Shown: positions 21,799-31,529, counted from the first letter of the stretch. The stretch is DNA of 54,616 bases from a virus (IMGVR_UViG_3300042448_002124:1-54616), one strand, 5' to 3'. A program made the numbers and translations. Notes: generated by a model from the letters alone, not told the origin.

Positions 21799-23985
21799 AT
21801 GGCATTATATAATATAACCATATCAAACATAACAGGAAGTACAACACCTTGTGCTACGTATAAAATTTATACTGGGACAACAATGTATTTTTCAGATTCT
21901 GTGTTTTTTTCTAATGCCACAATTAACACTACAACTGGATATACCTTTGCTATGCAATACAATGGACCATCTGACGTGTTATTTGTGTTTGTTGAACATT
22001 GTGATGGACACTCAACACCAATAGATGATTTATCGTGCTGCGGCGATCCTGAAAAAAAACAAGGAGGGTATCAGGTAAGAATGGTTAAATTAAATTGTGG
22101 ATCAACACCTGCATTAACAACAACACCTACTCCAACAGTTACACCAACCCAAACTATTACACCTACACCAACTATTACACCTACACCAACTATTACGCCA
22201 ACCCCAACGGTTACAATAACCGCGACACCTATTATACCTCCACCAAGTGGGGAGACACCAACACCTACACCAACATTAACACCTACTAACGTTATTCCTT
22301 GTATTGATTGTCCGACCGGTTATACATGGACACCAATAGGTTACGGTGTATGTACATCTACCGATGTTACATCATCGACAGCACCAATAAACCCATATAT
22401 TGCATATGAGAGAAAATATTTTGAATATAGTACTAGTGGTACAACAGTTTACCAATCTGGTTGGAATATAAACGGAACTGGAACCGAACAAATACATTTA
22501 AACACTTTTAATGTTTGGAGAAACACAACGGGTTTTAATCTTGCAAATCCAGGTAATGGTCCTTTAAATAGAACAGGTATTTGGGCAAATATTGATACTG
22601 CAGATCCTATTGATTATCCATTGGATACTTGGATAGGGTTTAATTTCTGTCTAACAGGAATAATAGGTGGTGAATATTATATTGGTATTGGTGCAGATAA
22701 TGAATTTAGATTAGAAATTGATGGACTAACAATATTAGACACATATGCAAATTCAGGTTTAAATGAACTCGCAAAATTTAGAGAATGGCATGTTTACCCA
22801 ATTACATTAAATCCTGGTGATCATATTATTGGGTTATATGGGTATAATTTAATTGGTAACGAAACTAATCCTGCAGGATTTGGTTGTGAGATATATCAAA
22901 ATAATTTAATAGAATTACAATCGGCAGATGAATTAAATGACCTTAACATTATATTCACATCGGCAGATTTTATAGGTGAAGTAATACCAGTAATTAAAGA
23001 TGTTAATGGAAATTATTTATCATCCGGATACACATGTCCTAGTGGGTACGAGTACGCTCAGTGTGATAATAGTTGTTGGAAAGTATTGTATTGTCCTGAA
23101 TTAACACCAACACCAACATTAACACTAACACCAACTCAAACTATAACACCAACATTAACAATAACACCAACATTAACACTAACACCAACTCAAACTATAA
23201 CACCAACATTAACAATAACACCAACATTAACACTAACCCCAACTCAAACTATAACACCAACTCAAACTATAACCCCAACTCAAACTATAACACCAACATT
23301 AACACTAACCCCAACTCAAACTGAAACCATAACAACTATTTGTTATTTTTATACTAACTCATCGGGTGTTAATTGGAATGGTGATTGGGTGGATTGTGAT
23401 GGTACAAATCATTTTGCTGAAAACGTTCCTGATGGAAATTCAATTTGTGCAAGACCAACACCATTTACATTAACTGGAATAGATTTAGTACAAAGTAGTG
23501 TTTGTTCAGGACCAACTCCAACACAAACTATAACCCCAACTCAAACTATAACCCCAACATTAACACTAACCCCAACTCAAACTATAACTCCGACCCAAAC
23601 TATCACACCAACTCAAACAATAACACCTACTGGTACTCCTACCCCAACACCAATAACTGAAGCAAATATTGATATAACCAATGGTTCATTGGATATTGAA
23701 ATAACTGGAGTTTATGTTAACGGAGTGGAGTCAACAGTTGTTGGTGGTACAATGCCAAGTACAACTGGAAACGGAGTAAATCTAGCAACAACACAAATAG
23801 GTACCTATGATGTGATTGTTTATTATGGTTGTTCAACGGCTGGTCAGCGCATAACATTTACAGATAGTGATTCAAATGTTACTTGTATTAATACTTTAAC
23901 TGGTTCAAATAGTTACAATTTTACTGCTTCAGTTGTAGCAACAGATCAAAATGTTTTAATTGAAGCAACAGATGGAACCTGTTAA
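21799..23985 (+). CDS. Putative virion adhesin: Cys-rich modules, three TPT linkers and a PA14-like domain
   Basis: 728 aa; the YYIGIGADNEFRLEIDG domain is paralogous to the one in the 2400-aa protein. Confidence 0.6.
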   Translation: MALYNITISNITGSTTPCATYKIYTGTTMYFSDSVFFSNATINTTTGYTFAMQYNGPSDVLFVFVEHCDGHSTPIDDLSCCGDPEKKQGGYQVRMVKLNCGSTPALTTTPTPTVTPTQTITPTPTITPTPTITPTPTVTITATPIIPPPSGETPTPTPTLTPTNVIPCIDCPTGYTWTPIGYGVCTSTDVTSSTAPINPYIAYERKYFEYSTSGTTVYQSGWNINGTGTEQIHLNTFNVWRNTTGFNLANPGNGPLNRTGIWANIDTADPIDYPLDTWIGFNFCLTGIIGGEYYIGIGADNEFRLEIDGLTILDTYANSGLNELAKFREWHVYPITLNPGDHIIGLYGYNLIGNETNPAGFGCEIYQNNLIELQSADELNDLNIIFTSADFIGEVIPVIKDVNGNYLSSGYTCPSGYEYAQCDNSCWKVLYCPELTPTPTLTLTPTQTITPTLTITPTLTLTPTQTITPTLTITPTLTLTPTQTITPTQTITPTQTITPTLTLTPTQTETITTICYFYTNSSGVNWNGDWVDCDGTNHFAENVPDGNSICARPTPFTLTGIDLVQSSVCSGPTPTQTITPTQTITPTLTLTPTQTITPTQTITPTQTITPTGTPTPTPITEANIDITNGSLDIEITGVYVNGVESTVVGGTMPSTTGNGVNLATTQIGTYDVIVYYGCSTAGQRITFTDSDSNVTCINTLTGSNSYNFTASVVATDQNVLIEATDGTC
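23110..23260 (+). repeat. Near-perfect 54-nt tandem repeat inside a TPT tract
   Basis: ACACCAACATTAACACTAACACCAACTCAAACTATAACACCAACATTAACAATA at 23110 and 23164, with a partial third copy at 23218. Confidence 0.9.
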
Positions 23986-24017
23986 ATGATGAAAAACAAA
24001 AATTTATATTTTATAAA

Positions 24018-25988
24018 ATGAGTAAAGGAGTAATAATAGATTTTAAAATAGATACCGGACATACCCAATCAAATTTTCCTCAGTATGTTTATACCGGATT
24101 AACCGCCGATTCAGCAACTGGATTAACAGTTTGCAATGGCGTGACTGGTAATACCTGCAACCTTGAAGGGTTAGACGATGGATTACCATTTATTTATGTT
24201 AAAATAACTTGTAATGGTTGCGATGACCAAATATTTAAAGTTGAATACCCTACACCAACACCTACCTTAACACCTACATTTACATTAACACCTACATTTA
24301 CATTAACACCAACCCAAACTATTACACCAACCGCATCATTAACACCAACGCTTACACCAACATTAACACCAACATTAACACCAACATTAACTATTACTCA
24401 ATCTATTACGCCAACATTAACCTTATCGCCAACACCAACATCGGAAGCGCCAATAGAAGTAACGATCACAGTGAAATATCATGGAGCATCGGAACCACTT
24501 GGAAATTTAGCATGTAATTCTGGTACCGATATACAAGTTGTAATGGATAGCGCAGATTTTTGTACCGCAACAACATATACTAGTAGTTATTTTACATCAA
24601 TTGGTACTGGAACTTTTTGGTTATCATATAATGGAAAATATAGACAAATATACCATAGCAGCGGAAACAGTGCTACTCAATCAGGTACATGTCAAGATTG
24701 TGTAGGTATTGAACCAACATACTATTATTACGCGATGGGTGATTGTGCGGACATGAGGTATAGTTATACAGCATCTACTATTACAGGATTCAGCCCACCA
24801 ATCCAAATACCAGGTTGTGATACTTTAGCAAACATTGCAACATTATCAATGCAAAACCCTGCAGTTACGTCATACTATGTATCAAATCCATTAGATGCCT
24901 GCGGATTTGGAGGCAGTTATGTTAGTACAATAATAGCGAGAAGTTCTACTGAAATTACTGAAGAAACTGTTTTTAGTATTAGTGGTCAGTGTTTAGCAGT
25001 TGTAAGTGTTGAAACAGAGTATGTTACAGGGTGGACTGTCAATTTAGACGAACAGACACCTGTTGGAATCGGTTGGGACGCATGTAGTAGTTGTTCACCA
25101 CCATTTACCGGATTTACAATAACGGGTTACAGTGGTGTTACATGTGATACAGAAGAAAATGTAATAGCATATTCATTATTAGGTGGATTTACTTTAGGTA
25201 ATGCTTACGGAATACAAATGTATAGCGGTGGAACAGCAACAGGTGAACGTATATGCATGACATTAAACGCAAATTTAGGTCCACAGTTTGTTATAGAAGA
25301 TCCTGAAACTGAAGGAATAACTGGATATCAAATTAGCGATGCCGGACCAACAACATTCCCACCAACATTTAGTGGTTATACTAATTGTAATGCATGTGAT
25401 GGTGTAGTTCAAAAGTATATGATAACAGGTGAAAGATGTGACACTACAGGCAGTGTTACAATATGGTCGGACACAGCACCAACAGTGGTAAGTGGAAATA
25501 CAATTTCAGTAAATATTCTTGGAACTATTGTATGTTTCCTTGTAACACAAGCAGACCAATTTACTTCCGCAGTTTACAATGATTTAGGTTTCACAATAAT
25601 TGATACAGGATGTGATTGTAATGGAAATAACGGAGGAGGAGATGTTAATGTTAATAATATTGTTTTTGCACCATCCTCATTTACAAATACTGGAGGTGAA
25701 TGCCAAAGCCCTGCGAATCAATATTACACGGAATCTACCTCAACTCAAATGGAGTTGACATTTAGAGATTCAAGCAATAATCCAGTAACACCTAACGGTG
25801 CTGTTGAGTATAGGGTGAACGGAGGAAGTTGGCAATCATTAACTGTAACAGGAAGTACAGTAACATTTTCGGTAACGTTAATATTTGGTGATAATCTTAT
25901 TTGTACTGGTGGATCAACTTATGCGGATACGTTAGATATTAAGGTTGGAACAATAACAGTAGACACATATATAGCAGGATCAACGTAA
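24018..25988 (+). CDS. Putative virion appendage protein, Cys-rich, with a TPT linker
   Basis: 656 aa; TPT tract ~24248-24441; repeated small Cys modules ending in CxxC/CxC. Confidence 0.58.
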   Translation: MSKGVIIDFKIDTGHTQSNFPQYVYTGLTADSATGLTVCNGVTGNTCNLEGLDDGLPFIYVKITCNGCDDQIFKVEYPTPTPTLTPTFTLTPTFTLTPTQTITPTASLTPTLTPTLTPTLTPTLTITQSITPTLTLSPTPTSEAPIEVTITVKYHGASEPLGNLACNSGTDIQVVMDSADFCTATTYTSSYFTSIGTGTFWLSYNGKYRQIYHSSGNSATQSGTCQDCVGIEPTYYYYAMGDCADMRYSYTASTITGFSPPIQIPGCDTLANIATLSMQNPAVTSYYVSNPLDACGFGGSYVSTIIARSSTEITEETVFSISGQCLAVVSVETEYVTGWTVNLDEQTPVGIGWDACSSCSPPFTGFTITGYSGVTCDTEENVIAYSLLGGFTLGNAYGIQMYSGGTATGERICMTLNANLGPQFVIEDPETEGITGYQISDAGPTTFPPTFSGYTNCNACDGVVQKYMITGERCDTTGSVTIWSDTAPTVVSGNTISVNILGTIVCFLVTQADQFTSAVYNDLGFTIIDTGCDCNGNNGGGDVNVNNIVFAPSSFTNTGGECQSPANQYYTESTSTQMELTFRDSSNNPVTPNGAVEYRVNGGSWQSLTVTGSTVTFSVTLIFGDNLICTGGSTYADTLDIKVGTITVDTYIAGST

Positions 25989-26017
25989 TAAAAATTAAAA
26001 AATAATATTTATAATAT

Positions 26018-28129
26018 ATGAGTTTCTTAAACAGCAATAATTCAGAATTTTTAACAGCAAGATTAACCCAAAAAGGTAGAAAGTCAATTGCTGAAGGTAA
26101 CTTTGTTATAAGTTATTTTCAAGTAGGGGATTCTGAATTTGATTATAATTTTACAGGTTTCACAGGACAAGGAACAAAACCCCACCAAAAAGTTTTGGCT
26201 CCATTTGATAAAGATGCACAAGTTAAATATCCATATAAATTAACACCTACAGAATCATTAACCTATGGCAACCCTGTTAGACAAAACACTCTTGAAACAA
26301 TTAAGAATGTAATGGGTCCAGCGGGATTTGTTTCTGATTATCATGAATATGATTCAGAAGCGTGTACCGGTACAACAATAAATTGTGAAGTACAAGAAAT
26401 TAATTTATCGAGAGTCGACGGAACAAATGTTTTAACTGTTTTAACTGGCGAAACATATAATGACTGTGAATATATTACTGTTCTTTTTAATAATAGAACC
26501 GTTAACGATATACCAACATTAACAGAAAACTCAACTAGTTTAGTTTATAAAATTATTTCAATAGATGGCAACGAAATAACTTTAGATAGAGTTATGCCAA
26601 ATTTCACAACACTTTCTGGTTATGCACAAGTAATATGCCATAACTGCGGTGTTGAATATGGTGTGGAATCGATAGTTGCTCCAGTTTGTTCACCAAAACA
26701 AGTAGATCCAGCAGATGCCCATGATCCGTGGAGAATGGAATTTGTTTGGACAGAAAAACCAGCAGGTTTAGACGATTTAAATGAAACACTAACAGGATAT
26801 ACAGGATCACAATACGCATCAACAAAAGAATATCTTGGATATACATCAAGTTCTGGACAAAGATTTACAAATTTCACAGGCGGAACAATAAGTTATCCAA
26901 CAAGTTATTTAAACTCATTTGGTGAAGAAATTGAATTAACTCCAGAGGAAACAAAAGTAATAGCAATTATTCATTTTTCCGAATTAGGTGATTCCATTAA
27001 CGATCCTGAGAGGTTTTTTAAATATGATGATTATATAGCAGGTGAAGATATTGAGGATATTGAAAGTTTTGAAGTTTACATTCCATTCTTAATGTATCAT
27101 AGGAATACTGGAACAACAATAGGTGCCGTGTTCTATATGGGTGACACAAATTATTATGTCACATCATCTAAAAACGATAAACCTAACACAAATAACGTGG
27201 TGTTTAGATATTTGTTAGATGAACAAGGTAATAAAGTTGGTAAAGTATTCACAGGTAAGAAAATCGTAGTGTTTGATGATCAAGAAATTATTGCTGCATT
27301 AGAATATAAAGCAAATAGAAGATATACATTACCAGCACCAAGAGTTAGTTCAGTGCCAGTTGACTTACCATGTGCTATAGGGGACGACCCAATTATTATA
27401 ACAGGTGAAACGGCATATATAACATATGTTCTAGAATATACTGGTGATACAGCATTAAGTGGTCTTCATTGTAACTACTACAGTAAAGTTACAGGATCAA
27501 CAAGTTGTAACATTTCATTAAAGTTTAAAACTGATGATTTTACATTCATGACCAATAACGCTAGTTTATCTGGCAGCACAATAGGGTTTAGAGCAAATAA
27601 ATTTAGTGCGTTAGTGCAAATAGTGTCCGGAACAACTACCCAACCGGAAACAGATGGTTGGGTTAAAATTGACATTACAGATCAAATACCAAACCACACT
27701 GTTGGGAATTTGATTAATCCCACAAATTTGTGTGATAAACAATTTGTAATAAGTAAAACAATGTTTGATGACGACGGTACATTGTATTCTATCGGTACCA
27801 ACACATCAACAACAGATTTTTTAATTGGCAATCAACCAGATTTAACAGTTAGCGGATCAACATTACCACAATTCGGTGATAGTCAACCATTTGCAGGTAG
27901 TATTAAGTTAACAAGAGCAACAGATCTTGAGGTAATGACTTTTATGGTTAACTTACCAAGCACTCAATTTACCGAAACTCAAAATCCGACGTTTATCACC
28001 GGGTCACCAAAAAGAATAACTGAAGTTGCTTTATTGGATGAAAACAAATATGTTTTAGCCATGTCAAAAGCGGCTAAACCGGTTCTTAGATCAGGTACTC
28101 AAGTTTTTGCAGTTAAAATTGATTTTTAA
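26018..28129 (+). CDS. Putative tail/baseplate protein (tail-collar/fibre-attachment-like termini)
   Basis: N-terminal ARLTQKGRK..YFQVGDSE and C-terminal ITEVALLDEN..LAMSK..KPV...FAVKIDF; last gene of the structural block. Confidence 0.55.
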   Translation: MSFLNSNNSEFLTARLTQKGRKSIAEGNFVISYFQVGDSEFDYNFTGFTGQGTKPHQKVLAPFDKDAQVKYPYKLTPTESLTYGNPVRQNTLETIKNVMGPAGFVSDYHEYDSEACTGTTINCEVQEINLSRVDGTNVLTVLTGETYNDCEYITVLFNNRTVNDIPTLTENSTSLVYKIISIDGNEITLDRVMPNFTTLSGYAQVICHNCGVEYGVESIVAPVCSPKQVDPADAHDPWRMEFVWTEKPAGLDDLNETLTGYTGSQYASTKEYLGYTSSSGQRFTNFTGGTISYPTSYLNSFGEEIELTPEETKVIAIIHFSELGDSINDPERFFKYDDYIAGEDIEDIESFEVYIPFLMYHRNTGTTIGAVFYMGDTNYYVTSSKNDKPNTNNVVFRYLLDEQGNKVGKVFTGKKIVVFDDQEIIAALEYKANRRYTLPAPRVSSVPVDLPCAIGDDPIIITGETAYITYVLEYTGDTALSGLHCNYYSKVTGSTSCNISLKFKTDDFTFMTNNASLSGSTIGFRANKFSALVQIVSGTTTQPETDGWVKIDITDQIPNHTVGNLINPTNLCDKQFVISKTMFDDDGTLYSIGTNTSTTDFLIGNQPDLTVSGSTLPQFGDSQPFAGSIKLTRATDLEVMTFMVNLPSTQFTETQNPTFITGSPKRITEVALLDENKYVLAMSKAAKPVLRSGTQVFAVKIDF

Positions 28130-28167
28130 CACTTTACAAATATATTTTTTAATTTTATTCTTGTTTT

Positions 28168-28767
28168 ATGGAGACAAAATTAAAAAACAAATCTAAGATT
28201 TTAGGTCTAGACATTTCTACTAAAACTATTGGTTGGGCATTATTTGACCTAACTGGTAAGAAATTATTAGAATTAACACATTTCTCACCTAAAATCAAAC
28301 CACAGCCAGAAGATAAGTTAGAAGAACTTATTAAAAAAGCAGATGCTTTTAAAGCACAATTAGAAAAATATAGAGATTTAGGTATTTTAAAGGTTGTAAT
28401 CGAAGAGCCACTGTTAAATTCAAACAACATTTATACTGTTGGTACATTATTACGATACAATACAATGATCTGTAAGGCGGTTTACGATGTTTTAGGCCTT
28501 GTCCCAACATTCATATCAACATATAATGCTAGGAAATTCGCTTTTCCTGATTTAGTCAACCCAAACGACAAAGGTAAAAATGTTTTATTCGGAGGTTATC
28601 CCAAAGATATTGACAAAAAACACGTTATCTGGGAACACGTAAACGCTGTCTGCCCTGAGGTAAAATGGTTATACGGTAAAACAGGTCAACTAAAAAAGGA
28701 ATGTTATGACATGTCAGATGCAGCAACGGCTGTCATTGGATATATCAACATGTTGAAAGCAGAATAA
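28168..28767 (+). CDS. RuvC-like Holliday junction resolvase
   Basis: RNase H-fold acidic motifs ILGLDISTKTIGWA, VVIEEP and DMSDAATAV. Confidence 0.8.
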   Translation: METKLKNKSKILGLDISTKTIGWALFDLTGKKLLELTHFSPKIKPQPEDKLEELIKKADAFKAQLEKYRDLGILKVVIEEPLLNSNNIYTVGTLLRYNTMICKAVYDVLGLVPTFISTYNARKFAFPDLVNPNDKGKNVLFGGYPKDIDKKHVIWEHVNAVCPEVKWLYGKTGQLKKECYDMSDAATAVIGYINMLKAE

Positions 28768-28814
28768 ATTCGGCAATACGATTTTTTTTAACGCTTTTTT
28801 TGTGTTATATTTAT

Positions 28815-28888
28815 ACTTAAGACGGAGCATGTAGTAATACATGTTTAGTTGGTGTTCCCCCGGGGTGGTGTCCGGGGGATTTTTTTTT
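28815..28888 (+). ncRNA. Candidate small RNA (~70 nt) with two hairpins
   Basis: TATTTAT at 28808-14; hairpin 28821-50 capped by a GTAA (GNRA) tetraloop; second hairpin TCCCCCGG/CCGGGGGA followed by T9; no ORF of its own. Confidence 0.6.
28856..28888 (+). terminator. Strong intrinsic terminator
   Basis: Perfect 8-bp GC-rich stem 28856-63/28872-79 followed by T 28880-88. Confidence 0.85.
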
Positions 28889-28915
28889 AACATATTTTTT
28901 TTGTATATTAATCTC

Positions 28916-29854
28916 ATGCCTCAAACCGAGTTAGATTATTTACCTATCATTGAAATCCTAGAAGAAATCCTAGGAGAGCCACACATGCACAATGACTATA
29001 AGTGTCAAATATCTTTTGATTGTCCAGTATGTTCATATGATTTAAAGGGTTTAGACGAAGGTGACGGTAAGGGTAATCTAGAAGTAAACTATCGTTTTGG
29101 GGTGTATAAATGTTGGGCATGCGGTGAAACTAATAACACCCATGGAAACATTTATAAACTTATTAAAAAATATGGAACCCAAAGGCATTTAAAGAAATAC
29201 GAATTATTAAGACCAGATGAAGTAGAAGAATTTAGGAAAGTAACCAAGGTTGCTAGATTACCTAAGGAGTTTATTTCATTAAACAATGTAAGCGCAGGGC
29301 TAAAACTAACACACTATTATAGACAAGCGGCAAATTATCTAAAAAGTAGAAATGTTACCGACGAAATGATAGTAAGATATAATATCGGTTTTGCATACGA
29401 TGGTCTTTTTGCGAATAGAATTATAATACCATCTTATGATTCAGACATGAAATTAAATTACTTCATTGCTAGATCCTATTTATCCAAAACAAAATTAAAA
29501 TATAAAAACCCAGACGTTAGAAAAGAAATTATCATATTCAACGAACATTTACTTAACTGGGAAGAGACAATTTATATTGTTGAAGGGGCATTTGACAGCA
29601 TATTTGTACCAAACTCAATACCATTATTAGGTAAAGTTATGAGTGATTATGTTTTTACCAAAGTATATGAAAATGCAAAGAAAGTTGTTGTACTATTAGA
29701 TGGAGATGCGTGGAATGACGCACAAAGAATTTATGACAAATTAAACGGAGGAAACCTTTTTGGTAAAGTATGGATTGTTAGATTACCTGACGATAGCGAC
29801 ATTGCCGATTTACAAGGAAATTTAGAAAATTATCAACCATTTCAATTATATTAA
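28916..29854 (+). CDS. dnaG: DNA primase (Zn finger plus TOPRIM)
   Basis: CPVC...CWAC Zn finger, RIIIP..YFIARS, IVEGAFD and LLDGD. Start placed at ATG 28916 because the upstream extension crosses a terminator. Confidence 0.88.
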   Translation: MPQTELDYLPIIEILEEILGEPHMHNDYKCQISFDCPVCSYDLKGLDEGDGKGNLEVNYRFGVYKCWACGETNNTHGNIYKLIKKYGTQRHLKKYELLRPDEVEEFRKVTKVARLPKEFISLNNVSAGLKLTHYYRQAANYLKSRNVTDEMIVRYNIGFAYDGLFANRIIIPSYDSDMKLNYFIARSYLSKTKLKYKNPDVRKEIIIFNEHLLNWEETIYIVEGAFDSIFVPNSIPLLGKVMSDYVFTKVYENAKKVVVLLDGDAWNDAQRIYDKLNGGNLFGKVWIVRLPDDSDIADLQGNLENYQPFQLY

Positions 29855-29856
29855 AA

Positions 29857-30711
29857 ATGAATTTACAAGAAATCTCGTTAGAAATCAGAGACCTATTAGA
29901 AAAAAGAAGGCAAGAATTAGCATTAACTTTCGTTGAAGAGAAACACATCTATTTCATGAAGGATTTAGAAGGAAACATTAGATCGGATTTTCCGTCTGTT
30001 TCAAAAGTTCTCAAGAAGTTCCATAAACAATTCGATGCTCCAGCAAAAGCATTAGAAATGTCTAAGGGTGATAGATCGAAACAACAACAATTATTATCAG
30101 AATGGAGAGCAGCCGGCGATTACTCAACAAACATGGGCAGTAGAGTTCATTTTATTTTAGAGAACGAAACGATTGCAAAATATGGTAACTACAAAGAAGT
30201 TAGGCAACCAATTTTTAATTGTGATGATTCACAAATAACCAAAGGTGATAATATGATTACCGCAGGTAGAGATTTTCTAAACTTAATGGAAGAAAGGGGT
30301 GCTATTCTTTTGGATACTGAAATTATTTCAGGAGATAACGAATTAGGGTATACAGGTCAACCAGATAAAGTGTGGTTAATGATGAATAAAGAAAAAACCG
30401 ATTTTGGTTTTGTTTTGACCGATTGGAAAACTAACCAACCAAAAAATTTTGAAGTTCAGTCGTATACAGGTAAAATGTACCCACCATTCCAAAATTATCA
30501 TGACAATGCTTTAGGTCATTATTATTTGCAACTTCCATTATATGCAAGATTGTTATTAAAAATGTTACAAGGAACAAAATATGAAGGAATAAAATCACTA
30601 GGCGGTGTCGTGGTTCTTCTTAAAGATGATGCAACATTTGTTGAGTATAAAGTACCTGCAGATATTAACTCAATGATTATGAGAATTGACATCACAAAAT
30701 ACACGAAATAA
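29857..30711 (+). CDS. PD-(D/E)XK (RecB-like) exonuclease
   Basis: PSVS, GSRVH, E...GQPDKV...DWKT...QLPLY motifs. Confidence 0.8.
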   Translation: MNLQEISLEIRDLLEKRRQELALTFVEEKHIYFMKDLEGNIRSDFPSVSKVLKKFHKQFDAPAKALEMSKGDRSKQQQLLSEWRAAGDYSTNMGSRVHFILENETIAKYGNYKEVRQPIFNCDDSQITKGDNMITAGRDFLNLMEERGAILLDTEIISGDNELGYTGQPDKVWLMMNKEKTDFGFVLTDWKTNQPKNFEVQSYTGKMYPPFQNYHDNALGHYYLQLPLYARLLLKMLQGTKYEGIKSLGGVVVLLKDDATFVEYKVPADINSMIMRIDITKYTK

Positions 30712-31529
30712 TGGTAAAGAAAATAATACACATAGCCGACTTACATATTCGTACAATTCAAATGCATGATTTGTATAAAGAACAGTTTCAAAAACTGTTG
30801 GACGAATTAAGTGTAAAATTCTTAGAATGGGCAGATGAAAATATATCGCATAACGAAATTAGAATTGTTGTTGCGGGTGATATCGCACATCAAAAAATTA
30901 ATATCTCAAATGAACAATTATTATTAACGAGTTGGTTTTTAAAAGAGTTAACTCGTTTTGGTAAGGTTGTAATCATACCGGGTAATCACGATTTCTTGGA
31001 GAACAATGCACAACGTATGGATAGTATAACACCAGTCGTTCAATTATTAAACAACCAACACATTTCCTATTATAAAGATAGTGGTGATTATATGGATGAA
31101 AATATCCAATGGGTTGTCTATTCGCTTTATCAACACAATGCTCGTCCTGAGTTTACAAAAGATGAAGACAGATTAACTGTAGGTTTATTCCACGGACCAA
31201 TCCAAGGAATGTCAACTGACTTAGGTTTTGAATTTGAAGATGCTTATGATCGTTTAAACTTCGTTGATTTGGATTTATTGCTATGTGGCGATATTCACAA
31301 GAGACAGCAATTTAAATTACCTAATGGTGGTAAAGCAGTGATGGTTGGTTCACTAATACAACAGAATTTTGGTGAGACCATTAAGTACCATGGGTATGGT
31401 GTTTACGATGTTAATACTGACGAGTATGCGTTCCATGATCTTAAAAACGAACAACCATTCTTACATTTTAAAATAAACGACATTAAAGACATAGAAGATG
31501 AAAAAGAAGAACTCGTTAATCTTGGATGA
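30711..31529 (+). CDS. sbcD: SbcD/Mre11 (gp47-like) metallophosphoesterase nuclease
   Basis: ADLH, AGDIAH, PGNHD, FHG and GDIHKRQ motifs, then GSLIQQNFGE. Confidence 0.88.
   Translation: MVKKIIHIADLHIRTIQMHDLYKEQFQKLLDELSVKFLEWADENISHNEIRIVVAGDIAHQKINISNEQLLLTSWFLKELTRFGKVVIIPGNHDFLENNAQRMDSITPVVQLLNNQHISYYKDSGDYMDENIQWVVYSLYQHNARPEFTKDEDRLTVGLFHGPIQGMSTDLGFEFEDAYDRLNFVDLDLLLCGDIHKRQQFKLPNGGKAVMVGSLIQQNFGETIKYHGYGVYDVNTDEYAFHDLKNEQPFLHFKINDIKDIEDEKEELVNLG

Noticed and set aside
28841-28915. N-terminal extension of primase (MFSWCSPGVV...) in the ORF track
   Set aside because: It runs through a GC hairpin plus T9 terminator; ATG 28916 has its own promoter-like motif.
29857-30711. Cas4
   Set aside because: Has the PD-(D/E)XK core but lacks the four-Cys Fe-S cluster motif, and there is no CRISPR context.
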